In this document: positions 9,085 to 18,644 of the stretch, one piece after another
How the letters are laid out: each line of letters starts with the position of its first letter
Numbering within the stretch: position 1 is the first letter of the stretch
Assembly (NCBI GenBank): GCA_963820525.1
Contig: CAWGAA010000001.1
Location: 2,880,001-2,944,000 of the forward strand
Reading direction: 5' to 3'
Length of the DNA: 64,000 nt
Source: an uncultured Spirochaetota bacterium
Lineage (GTDB): Bacteria; Spirochaetota; Spirochaetia; SZUA-6; Fen-1364
Notes under the pieces: generated by a model
Seen by the model: only the letters and a program-made list of their open reading frames with translations
Told to the model about the DNA's origin: nothing
The model's database searches: none
Program-made: the position numbers and the translations under genes

Positions 9085-10626
9085 CTAGGGCGTGAAGCCT
9101 GGCACGTGGAAGATCACTCCGCTGAACAAAAGGTAGGCGAGCGCGAGCGTCCAGACGATATTGAAGAGCTGGGCGCAGATGAAGGCGACGGCCGGTTTTC
9201 CCTTTCCAAGCCCGACGAACCCCGCAAACCGCGTCTCCAGACCGATCGACAGAAAGGCCAGGCCGAACCATGCGGTGCGAAGTCCCGTGAGCGCCGTCTT
9301 GGTCTGCTTCACAATATCCGGGGGCAGGATGAAGGAGAAGAGGATCGAGGCGGCCAGAAAGCCCAGAACGAACTTGGGAAAGCGCTCCCAGATCACGGAG
9401 AGCTTGGGGCGGCCGGAAGCCGCGGTTGCTCCATTTGACGGCTTTCGAAGGGCCCACCAGAGTGAGAGGATGAATGCCGCTACTCCAATGAAAACGTTCT
9501 GGGAGAACTTCACGATGGTTCCCACCTTCATGGCAACCTCGCCTACCAGGGAGCTTGCCGCGACAACGGAGCCGGTGGTGTCGAGCGTCCCGCCCATCCA
9601 TGCCCCCGCTATCGCTTCGGGGAGCTTCGCCAGGCGCGCCACCCAGGGCATGATGACCATCATGGGGACGGCCACGATGAGGGTGAGGGATATCACGTAG
9701 GAGAGCTTCTTCTTGTCGCCCTGAATCGCTCCGCAGGCGGCAATAGCCGCGGACACGCCGCAGATGGAGACCGCTGAGGAGAGGATGGCGGCAAACTGCT
9801 CATCCACCTTCATCCTTCTCGATATCCAGTAGCACGCGTACCATACAACGGCAACCACCAGGAGCGCCTGGATGACGCCGATGGCACCGGCCTGGAGTAT
9901 TTCCGGGAACAGGATTCCAGCTCCCAGGATAACGAGTCCGATCTTGATGTACAGCTCCGTTCGCACGGCTTCTGAAAGCCATGCCGGAACGCCGAAGACA
10001 TTCCCGATGAGAAGCCCGATGGCCAGGGCGAAGACCACGTACTCGAAACCCCAGTAGGTGACCGAGACGTTTCCCGCGATGAGCTGGGAGATCCAGCTCA
10101 AAAAATAGACCACGGGAAATCCCGCGATGAATACCGCCGGCTTTCCGCCTCCCAGCCAGACCGCAGCGAGTGAAAGAATGAGAAACACGGCGCCGATGAC
10201 GGCGGAGCGCAAAAGGTTGTCTGCGGAGAAGAGGGCGGGAAGCGTTGCCCGTGCGTCGTCAGAGAGCTTGCGGGCCAACTCCTGCGCGGCTTTTCCCAGC
10301 GCGGGGTCTTTTGCCGATTTCGAAGACTTCCCCAGGGCGGCCGCTGCTTCGCCCACGGCCTTACGATTGGAGGAGCCGGCGGCGCTCTTCACGCCTTCGA
10401 GGGCCTGGGACAACTCCGTATCGCCCGACGCAGTCGCCTGGAGCTCGAGCTTCTCCAGGGCTGGAGCGTTTGCCACAAGCGTGGATCTGTGCTCCGGCCC
10501 GCTCATCCAGCGAAAGCCGGGCAGAGCCAGGCGCAGGCCCAGCACAACAATCCCGATGACAAGCACGCCGATCAGGACCGGCTGCCATTCCTCGTTCAGG
10601 ATTGCTTTGCGTTTCACTTCGATCAT
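9085..10626 (-). CDS. YeiH/putative sulfate exporter family membrane protein
   Basis: Multi-TM; SICGVSAAIA, GAWMGGTLDTTG, WERFPKFVLGF. Confidence 0.85.
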   Translation of the reverse strand: MIEVKRKAILNEEWQPVLIGVLVIGIVVLGLRLALPGFRWMSGPEHRSTLVANAPALEKLELQATASGDTELSQALEGVKSAAGSSNRKAVGEAAAALGKSSKSAKDPALGKAAQELARKLSDDARATLPALFSADNLLRSAVIGAVFLILSLAAVWLGGGKPAVFIAGFPVVYFLSWISQLIAGNVSVTYWGFEYVVFALAIGLLIGNVFGVPAWLSEAVRTELYIKIGLVILGAGILFPEILQAGAIGVIQALLVVAVVWYACYWISRRMKVDEQFAAILSSAVSICGVSAAIAACGAIQGDKKKLSYVISLTLIVAVPMMVIMPWVARLAKLPEAIAGAWMGGTLDTTGSVVAASSLVGEVAMKVGTIVKFSQNVFIGVAAFILSLWWALRKPSNGATAASGRPKLSVIWERFPKFVLGFLAASILFSFILPPDIVKQTKTALTGLRTAWFGLAFLSIGLETRFAGFVGLGKGKPAVAFICAQLFNIVWTLALAYLLFSGVIFHVPGFTP

Positions 10627-10806
10627 GTGCTCCCCCTGACGCAGATCTCGCTTGCGCTCTTTGCGCGAAGGATTGCCGCCGGTGGGAGTCTTGTCAATGC
10701 TCGCGGCCGAAAAATGCCTGTTAATCGCACAAAAAGCCGAAAAACTGGTGAAACATTGGCATTGTGAGGCTTTTGGGGTCTCGAATATTCGAATCCGGTA
10801 TTCGGT

Positions 10807-11433
10807 TTACGAGCCCCTGAGCATCCGGCGGTCGAGCCGCTCGTCCTTCTTGCGCAGGCGGAGCCTCCTCTTGATTCCCCGCTCCACCAGGAGGAGTATG
10901 TCGTTCATCAGCTCAGTGGCGCTCTGCTGGTCGGAATCCAGAAGAACGGAGTAGTAGACTGCCAGGAGCATGCGGCGGGGGTTCTGGAACAGCCCCGTGC
11001 GGAAGACTCTTTTACGCGAGCCTTCTCTCAAGATCTCGTCAAGGAGCCGCTCGATCGCGGAAAGGAGCGTATTGCCCCCGGAGATCCGCTCCTCGGCTCC
11101 GGGATAGAGGAATCTCCTGTCGCGGGTCATGATCCCCCGGATGATCGGGTTGCCTTTCAGGCCGAGAACGCTGAAGCGGTAGAGGGCCTTCAGTTTGTTC
11201 ATGGGGGAGTTGAACTTGCGTACGTGCCTCTCCGCCTCCTCGATCCCCTGCGTCTCCAGCCGGTCGATGATCGCGCAGTACAGCTCCTCCTTGCTGTGGA
11301 AGTGGGAGTAGAAGCTTCCGAGCCCCAGGCCGGCATCGCGGGTGATCTCATCGACGGTCACATCGCGGTATCCACTGCGGGAAAAGAGCCTTTCGCCGAC
11401 GCGCAAGAGGATTTCCCGCTTGTCCACGCTCAT
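10807..11433 (-). CDS. TetR/AcrR family transcriptional regulator
   Basis: LFSRSGY..TVDEI..G..FYSHFHSKEEL HTH; ATGA overlap with the cupin gene. Confidence 0.88.
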   Translation of the reverse strand: MSVDKREILLRVGERLFSRSGYRDVTVDEITRDAGLGLGSFYSHFHSKEELYCAIIDRLETQGIEEAERHVRKFNSPMNKLKALYRFSVLGLKGNPIIRGIMTRDRRFLYPGAEERISGGNTLLSAIERLLDEILREGSRKRVFRTGLFQNPRRMLLAVYYSVLLDSDQQSATELMNDILLLVERGIKRRLRLRKKDERLDRRMLRGS

Positions 11434-11777
11434 CCGCGTGCGTATTCGGGCCGCATGGGGGCGAAGCACTCTATCACTTCCGCCTCTTCCAGCACCTCGG
11501 CCCCGTGAGCCTCATTGCCGCCGAACACGTACGAGCATCCCGCCTCTGCGATGAAGGTCTCGGAGGCGCCCCGGTGGAAAAGGAGCTTCCCGCTGATCAC
11601 GTATCCGTTCTGGGCCGCGGGGTGGCTGTGCAGGGGAACCCGGGCGCCCGTATTCATGTGGAAATGGCAGAGCATGACCGATTCGTTGTAGCTCAGGGTC
11701 GTTCGGAAGATTCCCGCAGGACCTTCAGTCGAATCCAGCTCCGCCTTCCTGGCCAGAGGCACTGTGCGTGTATCCAT
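11430..11777 (-). CDS. Cupin domain protein
   Basis: VPLHSHP..GYVISG..GNEAHG..F.P.RPEY. Confidence 0.85.
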   Translation of the reverse strand: MDTRTVPLARKAELDSTEGPAGIFRTTLSYNESVMLCHFHMNTGARVPLHSHPAAQNGYVISGKLLFHRGASETFIAEAGCSYVFGGNEAHGAEVLEEAEVIECFAPMRPEYARG

Positions 11778-11869
11778 CGCACCATCATACGGGAGAAGGC
11801 CCCGTTCGTCCATTGCGCGCGGACGGCCGCCAGCGCCGCATTGACGCTCGTCGAAGGCGACCGCTACAT

Positions 11870-12079
11870 TTACGACGGGAGAGGAGCCGACTTCGGGAGC
11901 TCGCGCTTCGCGTCGCCGAGATCTCGCGCCTCCCCATCCAGGCGGAGCGGATCCGGCTGTGGAAGCGCTTGAACTCCCTCGAGCTGGAGCGCCTCATGGC
12001 CCTGCTGGATCCGCGGGGCGGGTGGCGCGACCTGGTGCCCGAGGATGACCTTACCTGCCTTGACCCTCGGCTCACCTGA
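11870..12079 (+). pseudogene. Truncated N-terminus of a conserved hypothetical protein
   Basis: RLRELA.RVAEI..LPIQ.ER.RLWK.LNSL..R.M..DP.GW..L.C.DP resembles the start of a much longer anaerobe protein family; no clear start codon and an early stop. Confidence 0.5.
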
Positions 12080-12139
12080 GGCGGGGTCCGCGACCGCTTT
12101 TCAAAACCCCGTGGTTCACCTACCTTTGAATGAAGCGCC

Positions 12140-12949
12140 ATGGTCCGCCGGATTGCATTGTCGTATTCGCGTCTCCTCTTCGCCGAGATCCTCCTCGGCG
12201 CCGCCGCCTGTGAGTCTCCGTCCAGCGCGCGGGGCGAGAACCTCTCGGTTCTCCACGCGGGGCTCTCCCTGGCGCGCGCCGGGGACATGGGCTTTTCCAA
12301 GAGAGAATCGCTTGCGCGGAGGAAGGCATTCTCCTCCTCCATGGGCTGGACCGAGGGGAGGTGCTTCGCGGTGCGGCAGGTCCACTCCCGAACCGTCCTC
12401 TCCGTTGATGGCTCAAGCCCTGCCGATCTTGAAAGCGCGGAGGCGGACGGTCTGGCAACCCTTGTGGGCGGCTGCCTGCTCACCGTGACCGTGGCAGACT
12501 GCCTGCCGATCTTCCTGGCGGATCCCGACACGGGGGCATTTGCCTTGGTGCATTCGGGCTGGAAGGGGACGGGCATTGTCGGCGAAGCCGTGAGACTTCT
12601 TCAAAAGCGTTTCGGCGTCCCCCCTTCCCGACTGGCCGCAACCATCGGCCCGGGCATCGGAAGCTGCTGCTACAGCGTGCCCCGGGCGCGTTTCGAGGAG
12701 TTTCGCTTGCAGTACGGCCCGGATGCCGTCCGCAGCGACGGCGGGGAGTATTTCCTGGACCTTCGTCGAGCCAACCTCTCACTGATGGAAGAAGCCGGCA
12801 TTTCGGATATCGCCGTAGTGGAGGACTGCACCTGCTGCTCGGCCGAGCTGGGGTCTTTCAGGCGGCAGGGCCCGGCATCTTTCACCCGGATGCTCGCTTT
12901 CCTCGGTCCCCGCGAAGGAGCGGGGCATCCCCGGGAAAAATCGCAATAG
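12140..12949 (+). CDS. pgeF: PgeF/YfiH-family (laccase-domain) protein
   Basis: QVHS, ADGL, ADCLPI, HSGWKG, IGPGIG.CCY, CTCC..SFRR. Confidence 0.85.
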   Translation: MVRRIALSYSRLLFAEILLGAAACESPSSARGENLSVLHAGLSLARAGDMGFSKRESLARRKAFSSSMGWTEGRCFAVRQVHSRTVLSVDGSSPADLESAEADGLATLVGGCLLTVTVADCLPIFLADPDTGAFALVHSGWKGTGIVGEAVRLLQKRFGVPPSRLAATIGPGIGSCCYSVPRARFEEFRLQYGPDAVRSDGGEYFLDLRRANLSLMEEAGISDIAVVEDCTCCSAELGSFRRQGPASFTRMLAFLGPREGAGHPREKSQ

Positions 12950-12959
12950 GAGTGCAGGT

Positions 12960-13376
12960 ATGGTCAATCAGAGCCGGATCTCGATTCAAACCGACGGGCA
13001 CGGCGACATGCGCGACCTCTCATCCGCGCTCCGCGGTGCCGTCGAGGCATCGGGTGTGGAGACGGGCACGGTGAATGTGTTCGTGGTGGGGAGCACGGCC
13101 GCCGTGGGAACCATCGAACTGGAGCCCGGCCTTGCCCGCGACCTCCCCGAGCTTCTCGACCGGCTGGTTCCACCCGGCAGGGAATACGGTCACGAGAGGG
13201 CGTGGCATGACGGAAACGGCCATTCCCATCTCCAGGCGACATGGCTCGGGCCGTCGATCACGGTTGCGGTGTCCGAGGGCGCGCCTGCGCTCGGCACGTG
13301 GCAGCAGGTCTTCCTCCTGGAGTGCGACGTGCGGCCGCGCACGAGGACCATCGTGGTCACGGTGAACGGCGAATAG
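12960..13376 (+). CDS. yjbQ: YjbQ/UPF0047 family protein
   Basis: GSTAA, YGH..DGNGHSHL, LGTWQ..E.D.RPR. Confidence 0.88.
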   Translation: MVNQSRISIQTDGHGDMRDLSSALRGAVEASGVETGTVNVFVVGSTAAVGTIELEPGLARDLPELLDRLVPPGREYGHERAWHDGNGHSHLQATWLGPSITVAVSEGAPALGTWQQVFLLECDVRPRTRTIVVTVNGE

Positions 13377-13400
13377 CGATGCAAAGGGGGCATCACATAC

Positions 13401-14771
13401 ATGTCCGATATCATTCTTGAAATGCTGGTCATCCTGATGCTGATCGTCCTGAATGGATTTTTCGCCATGGCCGAGATCGCAATCGTCTCGGCTCGAAAGA
13501 CCCGGTTCCAGCAGCTGGCCCAGGAGGGTGACGCCCGGGCGCGGACCGTTCTCCAGCTCACCGGAGACCCTCCGCGATTTCTCTCCACCGTTCAGACCGG
13601 CATCACTCTCATCGGCATTTTCATAGGGGCCTTTGGCGGAACCACCGTCGCAGCCAAGCTCTCGCATGCGATAGCAGGAGTGCCATTTCTGGCCGCTTAT
13701 TCCACCGCCATCGCGGTGACGGTGGTCGTTCTCATCATCACTTTCTTTACGATCATCCTTGGGGAGCTCATTCCCAAGCAGATCGGCTTGTTGAACTCTG
13801 AAAGGATCGCGCTGGCGGTGGCGCGGACCATGCGCCTGCTCTCCGCGGCGCTCTTCCCCATCGTCCGCGTGCTCTCCGTTTCCTCCCGCGCAGTCCTGTC
13901 CGTCTTCGGGCTTCCCCTCTCCCGCCCGCAGCCCGTCTCCGAGGAGGAGATCAAGGTTATGATAGACCAGGGAATCGAGCACGGGATGTTCCAGGAGGCG
14001 GAGCGGGACATGATCGAGGGGGTCTTCACCCTCGGGGACAAGAGGGTGAACGAGCTCATGACCCCGCGGACCGACATCGTGTGGCTCGACGTGGAGAACC
14101 CGCTGGATGAGCGCAACAAGAGGATCAGGGACAGCGGCCATTCCCGGTTCCCCGTCTGCCGGGGCGGGCTGGACACGGTGCTGGGAGTCGTGCGCGCCAA
14201 GGATATCCTCAACTGCCTGCTCGTCGAGGAGGTGTGCGACCTGACGGGATGGATGCAGCCGCCCCTCTACGTTCCAGAGAATGCGCTGGCGCTTAAGGCG
14301 CTGGAAACCTTCAAGAAGGCCCGCCAGCATGTGGCGCTTGCGGTGGACGAATACGGAGTCGTGCAGGGTCTCATCACCATCTACGACATCCTGGAGGCCA
14401 TCGTGGGAGACATTCCTTCCGTTGACGAGGTGGACGAGCCCATGGCCGTCAAGCGTGCCGACGGCTCCTGGCTTCTCGACGGCCTTCTCCCCCTTGACCG
14501 CTTCAAGGAGATCTTCGAGCTGGGGGAGCTTCCCGAGGAGGGCTCCTACCAGACGCTGGGCGGGTTCATCATGATGCAGCTCGGCCGCGTCCCGAGCCCC
14601 GCCGATTTTGTGGACTGGGGGGGCCTGCGGATGGAAGTGGTCGACATGGAAGGAAACCGCGTGCAGAAGGTGCTCGCTTCACCGAAGCTGCCCGGCGGCT
14701 CCACTTCCGGCTCAGCTGCCGGGGCGGCCGCCGCCCGCGGAGGCAGGAACCCGCCGAAGGATCCCGCCTGA
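13401..14771 (+). CDS. HlyC/CorC (CNNM-CBS-CorC) family transporter
   Basis: LNGFFAMAEIA, FLSTVQ.GIT, GELIPKQI, MTPR, HSRFPV, VDEYG, TLGGF. Confidence 0.92.
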   Translation: MSDIILEMLVILMLIVLNGFFAMAEIAIVSARKTRFQQLAQEGDARARTVLQLTGDPPRFLSTVQTGITLIGIFIGAFGGTTVAAKLSHAIAGVPFLAAYSTAIAVTVVVLIITFFTIILGELIPKQIGLLNSERIALAVARTMRLLSAALFPIVRVLSVSSRAVLSVFGLPLSRPQPVSEEEIKVMIDQGIEHGMFQEAERDMIEGVFTLGDKRVNELMTPRTDIVWLDVENPLDERNKRIRDSGHSRFPVCRGGLDTVLGVVRAKDILNCLLVEEVCDLTGWMQPPLYVPENALALKALETFKKARQHVALAVDEYGVVQGLITIYDILEAIVGDIPSVDEVDEPMAVKRADGSWLLDGLLPLDRFKEIFELGELPEEGSYQTLGGFIMMQLGRVPSPADFVDWGGLRMEVVDMEGNRVQKVLASPKLPGGSTSGSAAGAAAARGGRNPPKDPA

Positions 14772-14817
14772 TCGTCGGGTGACAGGGTCGATTCCCGCCG
14801 GTGTTTGAATTGACGAC

Positions 14818-15465
14818 ATGATAAAGAACCGGGCTCTCGTGCTCTTTTTCTGCGTCCTTTTCGCGTCTTCCCTGTGGGCCGAAACCACTCTCTGCTACCG
14901 CGTGAAGGTTGAGGGAAAAACAAGCACGCTCGAGAGGAAAGTCGAAAGAACCGAATACGGTTTTCACGTGGTGGATGGGAAGAGCTCCTACGAATTGGAT
15001 CGGCAGTATTCGACGCTTCGCTGGGAAAGCGAGGACCCGGCGACGAATACCGCGATCCGCGCCGAGAAATTCGGCGAGACCATTATTGTGAGCGGGACGG
15101 TTCACGGCAAGCCGATGGACATGCGATTCGAAACAAAGGGGCTGCCATGGTACGAATGCTGGCAGGTGAGCCTGACGGGACTTATCCATTCCAAAGAGCG
15201 AAGGCTGTCGTTCTTCACGATCCGCCCCGATCTCAAGGAATTCGTGATGGAAGCCTCCCGTGAGCCGGCTCAGACGGTGAGCGTGGGCGACACCCAGGCG
15301 CAGGCGGTGAAAGTCACCGTCAATCCAGCGGGGGTCCCCGCCCTTTTTTGGAGCGCGTGTCTATGGTTCGATCCGGACGCCGAGCCAGTTCTCCTGCGCT
15401 ACGAGTGTCCGACGGGCGGACCCGGGGCGCCTCTCATGGTTGAGGAGCTTTCGACCCGGATGTAG
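14818..15465 (+). CDS. Hypothetical exported protein
   Basis: Signal peptide ending SLWA; 215-aa ORF. Confidence 0.65.
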   Translation: MIKNRALVLFFCVLFASSLWAETTLCYRVKVEGKTSTLERKVERTEYGFHVVDGKSSYELDRQYSTLRWESEDPATNTAIRAEKFGETIIVSGTVHGKPMDMRFETKGLPWYECWQVSLTGLIHSKERRLSFFTIRPDLKEFVMEASREPAQTVSVGDTQAQAVKVTVNPAGVPALFWSACLWFDPDAEPVLLRYECPTGGPGAPLMVEELSTRM

Positions 15466-15481
15466 GCGAATTGCCGGCCTC

Positions 15482-16221
15482 TCAATAGGCGGGGCTCAGC
15501 TTCAGCGAGTTTAAAAGCAGGTTGATCTGGGATATCTCGAAGAGGGCTCCGCAGGATTCGAACTGGACCAGGGCTTTCTCGAGAAGCGCGATTGCGAGGC
15601 CAGGCCTGCTTTCAGCAAGGCATTGGCCGTAGTGGTAATGGAGCAGCCCGAACTCGTAGGGTTGCCCTGCGGTCTCGAAGAATGTGCGGCCCTTCTCGTA
15701 CCAGCGGCGGGCCTCATCCGGATTCTTCTTGATGTGCCAGGTGTAGAGCATTCCCAGCTTGAAAAAGGGGCCTTCGTAACACTCATATACCCCCGCCAGC
15801 GAACTGCACTTGGCGTAAAGCCTATCTATCTTGCGCAGAATCCGTCGGTCGTACGAGTGGGAGAGTATCAGCTCTTCGAGGTAGAAAGGGTAGATGCGAG
15901 AGATGAGCAATTGATGGACTTGGCGTGTCTTACGTATAGTTAGCAGAGCATCTTCAGCAATCGGCTCCGCATCACGGAAACGACCAAGGCGGCAGAGCGC
16001 TTTGAAAATGAAGAGGCGGACGGTCTGGGTTGTGCATTGCGCAACATCGATCCTTTTTCAATCACATCTTTCGCCATCGATTCCAGCTCTTGGAATTTTC
16101 CGAAGAACTCGAAGATCTGTGCAGCGCAGTTGGAAATTTCCTGCAGAAGTCCGGCAGTTCCGTTCTTCGCCAAAAGGCCGAGTGCATTTCGAGCATCATC
16201 GAGGCTGTTTGAACGAAGACC
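15482..16221 (-). pseudogene. C-terminal TPR-like fragment of a larger protein, frameshifted near 16030
   Basis: Helical repeats (EARRWYEKG..YEFGLLHYHYG..ALVQFESCGA) split over two frames; no start of its own. Confidence 0.5.
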
Positions 16222-16760
16222 GCCAAGAGCACCCGGGCCGCCTTCTTGAGCGGCTCACGGTCCACGCCGGAGTAGGAGACGCGATAGGTGGAGACCGATT
16301 GGGGGATGTTGTATGAAGGGACTTTATGCGCTGAGACATCCGCGGGGAAACTGAGGTGTACCGCCTGCCGATGCTCGCCAAGCGCCATTCTCAGGCTTCT
16401 GGTCATCATCTGAGGGAAGACAACCGGGTCGTACACCAGGGCGGAGAGGCCGCAGCACTTCTCGTAGATTTCCACCGTGTTCACGCCGAAGTCAGTGCTC
16501 TCTTGCACTGCCCCCTTGCCCGTGGTGTGAGTGGCGGGCTGGCCTGTAATGGCAAGCACGGGAGATCCATCTCTATGCGCATTTGCCACCCCCGTTACCA
16601 TGTTGGTTGCCCCCGGCCCCGCCGTGGACAGACAAACCCCGAGCTTGCCCGAAAGGCGGGCGTACATGTCGGCCATGAAGGCGGCGCCGGTCTCCTGGCG
16701 CGCCATGATGAACTTCACCCGCTCGTGCTTGTACAGCGCCTCCAGGAGATAAGAGTTCAC
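16222..16760 (-). pseudogene. Fragment of a thiamine-pyrophosphate enzyme (IlvB/AHAS-like N-domain)
   Basis: RQETGAAFMAD.YAR..GVCLSTAGPGATN..G.ANA..D.SPVLAITGQ; similarity ends after KAARVLLA. Confidence 0.8.
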
Positions 16761-16817
16761 TTTTTACAGATTATGGTCTGATTATGGGGTGGTTTTCTCC
16801 ATCTGTCAAATCATTTA

Positions 16818-17972
16818 CTAGCCCACCGAACGTCGGAGGATATCAGCCTTTTCCGTCTTCTCCCAGGTGAAATCGGGGTCTTCCCGGCCGAAATGGCCGT
16901 AGACGGCGGTCTTCTGGTATATGGGCCTGCGGAGATCCAGCCGGGAGATGATCTGGGCAAGGGTAAGGGGGAAATGCTCCCTGATCAATCCCTCGATTCG
17001 CCTGCCATCCAGCCGCCCTGTCCCGAAGGTTTCCACCCCCACGCTGAGGGGCTCCGGCATCCCGATGGCGAAGGCAAGCCATACCTCGCACTTTGCTGCA
17101 AGTCCTGCGGCAACGATATTCTTGGCGATGTGGCGGCAGAGGTATGCTCCCGACCTGTCCACCTTGGTGGGGTCTTTGCCCGAGAACGAGCCGCCGCCGT
17201 GGCGTGCCATGCCGCCGTAGGTGTCGGCGATGATCTTCCGCCCCGTGAGGCCCGTGTCCGCCTCCGGCCCTCCCACAACGAAGCTCCCCGTGGCGTTGAT
17301 CAGGGTCTGGACGGTGCCGTCGTAGTACTCGCCGCAGACCGGCTTGATCACCTTCTCTATTATCTCCCCGCGAAGCCGGTTCTCCGCGATGCTTCGCTCG
17401 TGCTGTTGGGCGATAACGACATGGGTGAGCCTGACCGGCTTCCCTCCCTCATAGGCCACCGTTACTTGGGATTTCCCGTCCGGGCCGAGCCCGGGAATGA
17501 GCCGCTCCTTTCGAACCTCAGCCAGGCGCATGCACAGGCGGTGGGCGATCATGATGGGAAGAGGCATGAGCTGGGGTGTCTCGTCGCATGCATAGCCGAA
17601 CATCATCCCCTGGTCTCCGGCGCCCAGCGGTTTGCCGGCCTGGCTGTCCACGCCGTCTGCGATCTCGGGGCTCTGCTCGTGGATGGAGACCCACACCCCC
17701 GCGTCGTGACAATCGATGCCGAACTCAGGGTTGGTGTAGCCGATGCGCTCCAGCACCTCCCGGGCGATCCTGTTCACGTCGGCAAAGCCACCGGTGGTCA
17801 CCTCCCCTGCAACGTGAACGGTTCCCGTGGTCACCATGCACTCCACCGCCACGCGGGACTGTGGATCCTGGGCTATGAGGGAGTCCAGCACGGCGTCCGC
17901 GATCTGGTCGCAGATCTTGTCCGGATGGCCTTCCGTGACGGACTCCGAAGTAAAGGTGAAGTCCTCAGGCAT
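16818..17972 (-). CDS. metK: S-adenosylmethionine synthetase
   Basis: FTSESVTEGHPDK, GAGDQG, GLTGRKII.DTYGG, GGGSFSGKDPTKVDRS. Confidence 0.97.
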   Translation of the reverse strand: MPEDFTFTSESVTEGHPDKICDQIADAVLDSLIAQDPQSRVAVECMVTTGTVHVAGEVTTGGFADVNRIAREVLERIGYTNPEFGIDCHDAGVWVSIHEQSPEIADGVDSQAGKPLGAGDQGMMFGYACDETPQLMPLPIMIAHRLCMRLAEVRKERLIPGLGPDGKSQVTVAYEGGKPVRLTHVVIAQQHERSIAENRLRGEIIEKVIKPVCGEYYDGTVQTLINATGSFVVGGPEADTGLTGRKIIADTYGGMARHGGGSFSGKDPTKVDRSGAYLCRHIAKNIVAAGLAAKCEVWLAFAIGMPEPLSVGVETFGTGRLDGRRIEGLIREHFPLTLAQIISRLDLRRPIYQKTAVYGHFGREDPDFTWEKTEKADILRRSVG

Positions 17973-17983
17973 CGAATGTCCTT

Positions 17984-18631
17984 TCAGGAGGCCGTTTTCG
18001 GGAATGGGATCCCGGCGGCCTTCATGGCGTGCTCCAGCTTGCTCATTTCATCGGCCTCCAGGGGAGCTGCTTTTCGCAGGAGCCTCGTGATCCGCGTCAG
18101 CTCCTCCAGCGTTCCGTCCTCCAGAAGCTCCACCTCCACGCAGTACAGGAGGCCGGGGAGCCTCACTTCGTCGAGGCTGAGCTCGAAGAGGGGTCGAGCC
18201 ATGGGGTCTTTTCCACGCGCTATCCTTCGCTTCCACCTGGTCTGGCGGAGCTCGCACAGCGCGCCGAGAAGCACTCCCCGCCCGATCCGCGTCGCCAGCT
18301 CCCGCGTGGGACCCATCGGCCACAGCTCGGGGTGGACAGCAATGGTTGGATTGTCGATGCGCTCCTCGCACTCGATGCGAACGTACACGTCGCTTTTCCC
18401 TCTGACAAGCGATTTGAGGCCGATGAAGTACTCGGAGCCTTCCAGCTCGCGAAGCCGGCATGCGTAACCGGCCTGGAGGTACATCCTGTCCCGGGTATCG
18501 AGGTAGGTGTCCCGAACTTCCTGGCGTCCGGCGGCCTTCACGTTGAACTCTCCCAGGGAGGTGAGCCCCTGGAGAGAGTGGAAAGCAAGAATGTCGCGTA
18601 CAATGAACTTCGCCTCGGTCTCCGTGGACAT
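17984..18631 (-). CDS. CYTH domain protein
   Basis: ETEAKF (ExExK), DTYLDT, RLR, EVEL, SKLE. Confidence 0.8.
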   Translation of the reverse strand: MSTETEAKFIVRDILAFHSLQGLTSLGEFNVKAAGRQEVRDTYLDTRDRMYLQAGYACRLRELEGSEYFIGLKSLVRGKSDVYVRIECEERIDNPTIAVHPELWPMGPTRELATRIGRGVLLGALCELRQTRWKRRIARGKDPMARPLFELSLDEVRLPGLLYCVEVELLEDGTLEELTRITRLLRKAAPLEADEMSKLEHAMKAAGIPFPKTAS

Positions 18632-18644
18632 GCCGCTCCTCGCT

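Noticed and set aside
13401..14771. Hemolysin/toxin
   Set aside because: The CNNM-CBS-CorC architecture indicates an Mg/Co transporter family, not a cytolysin
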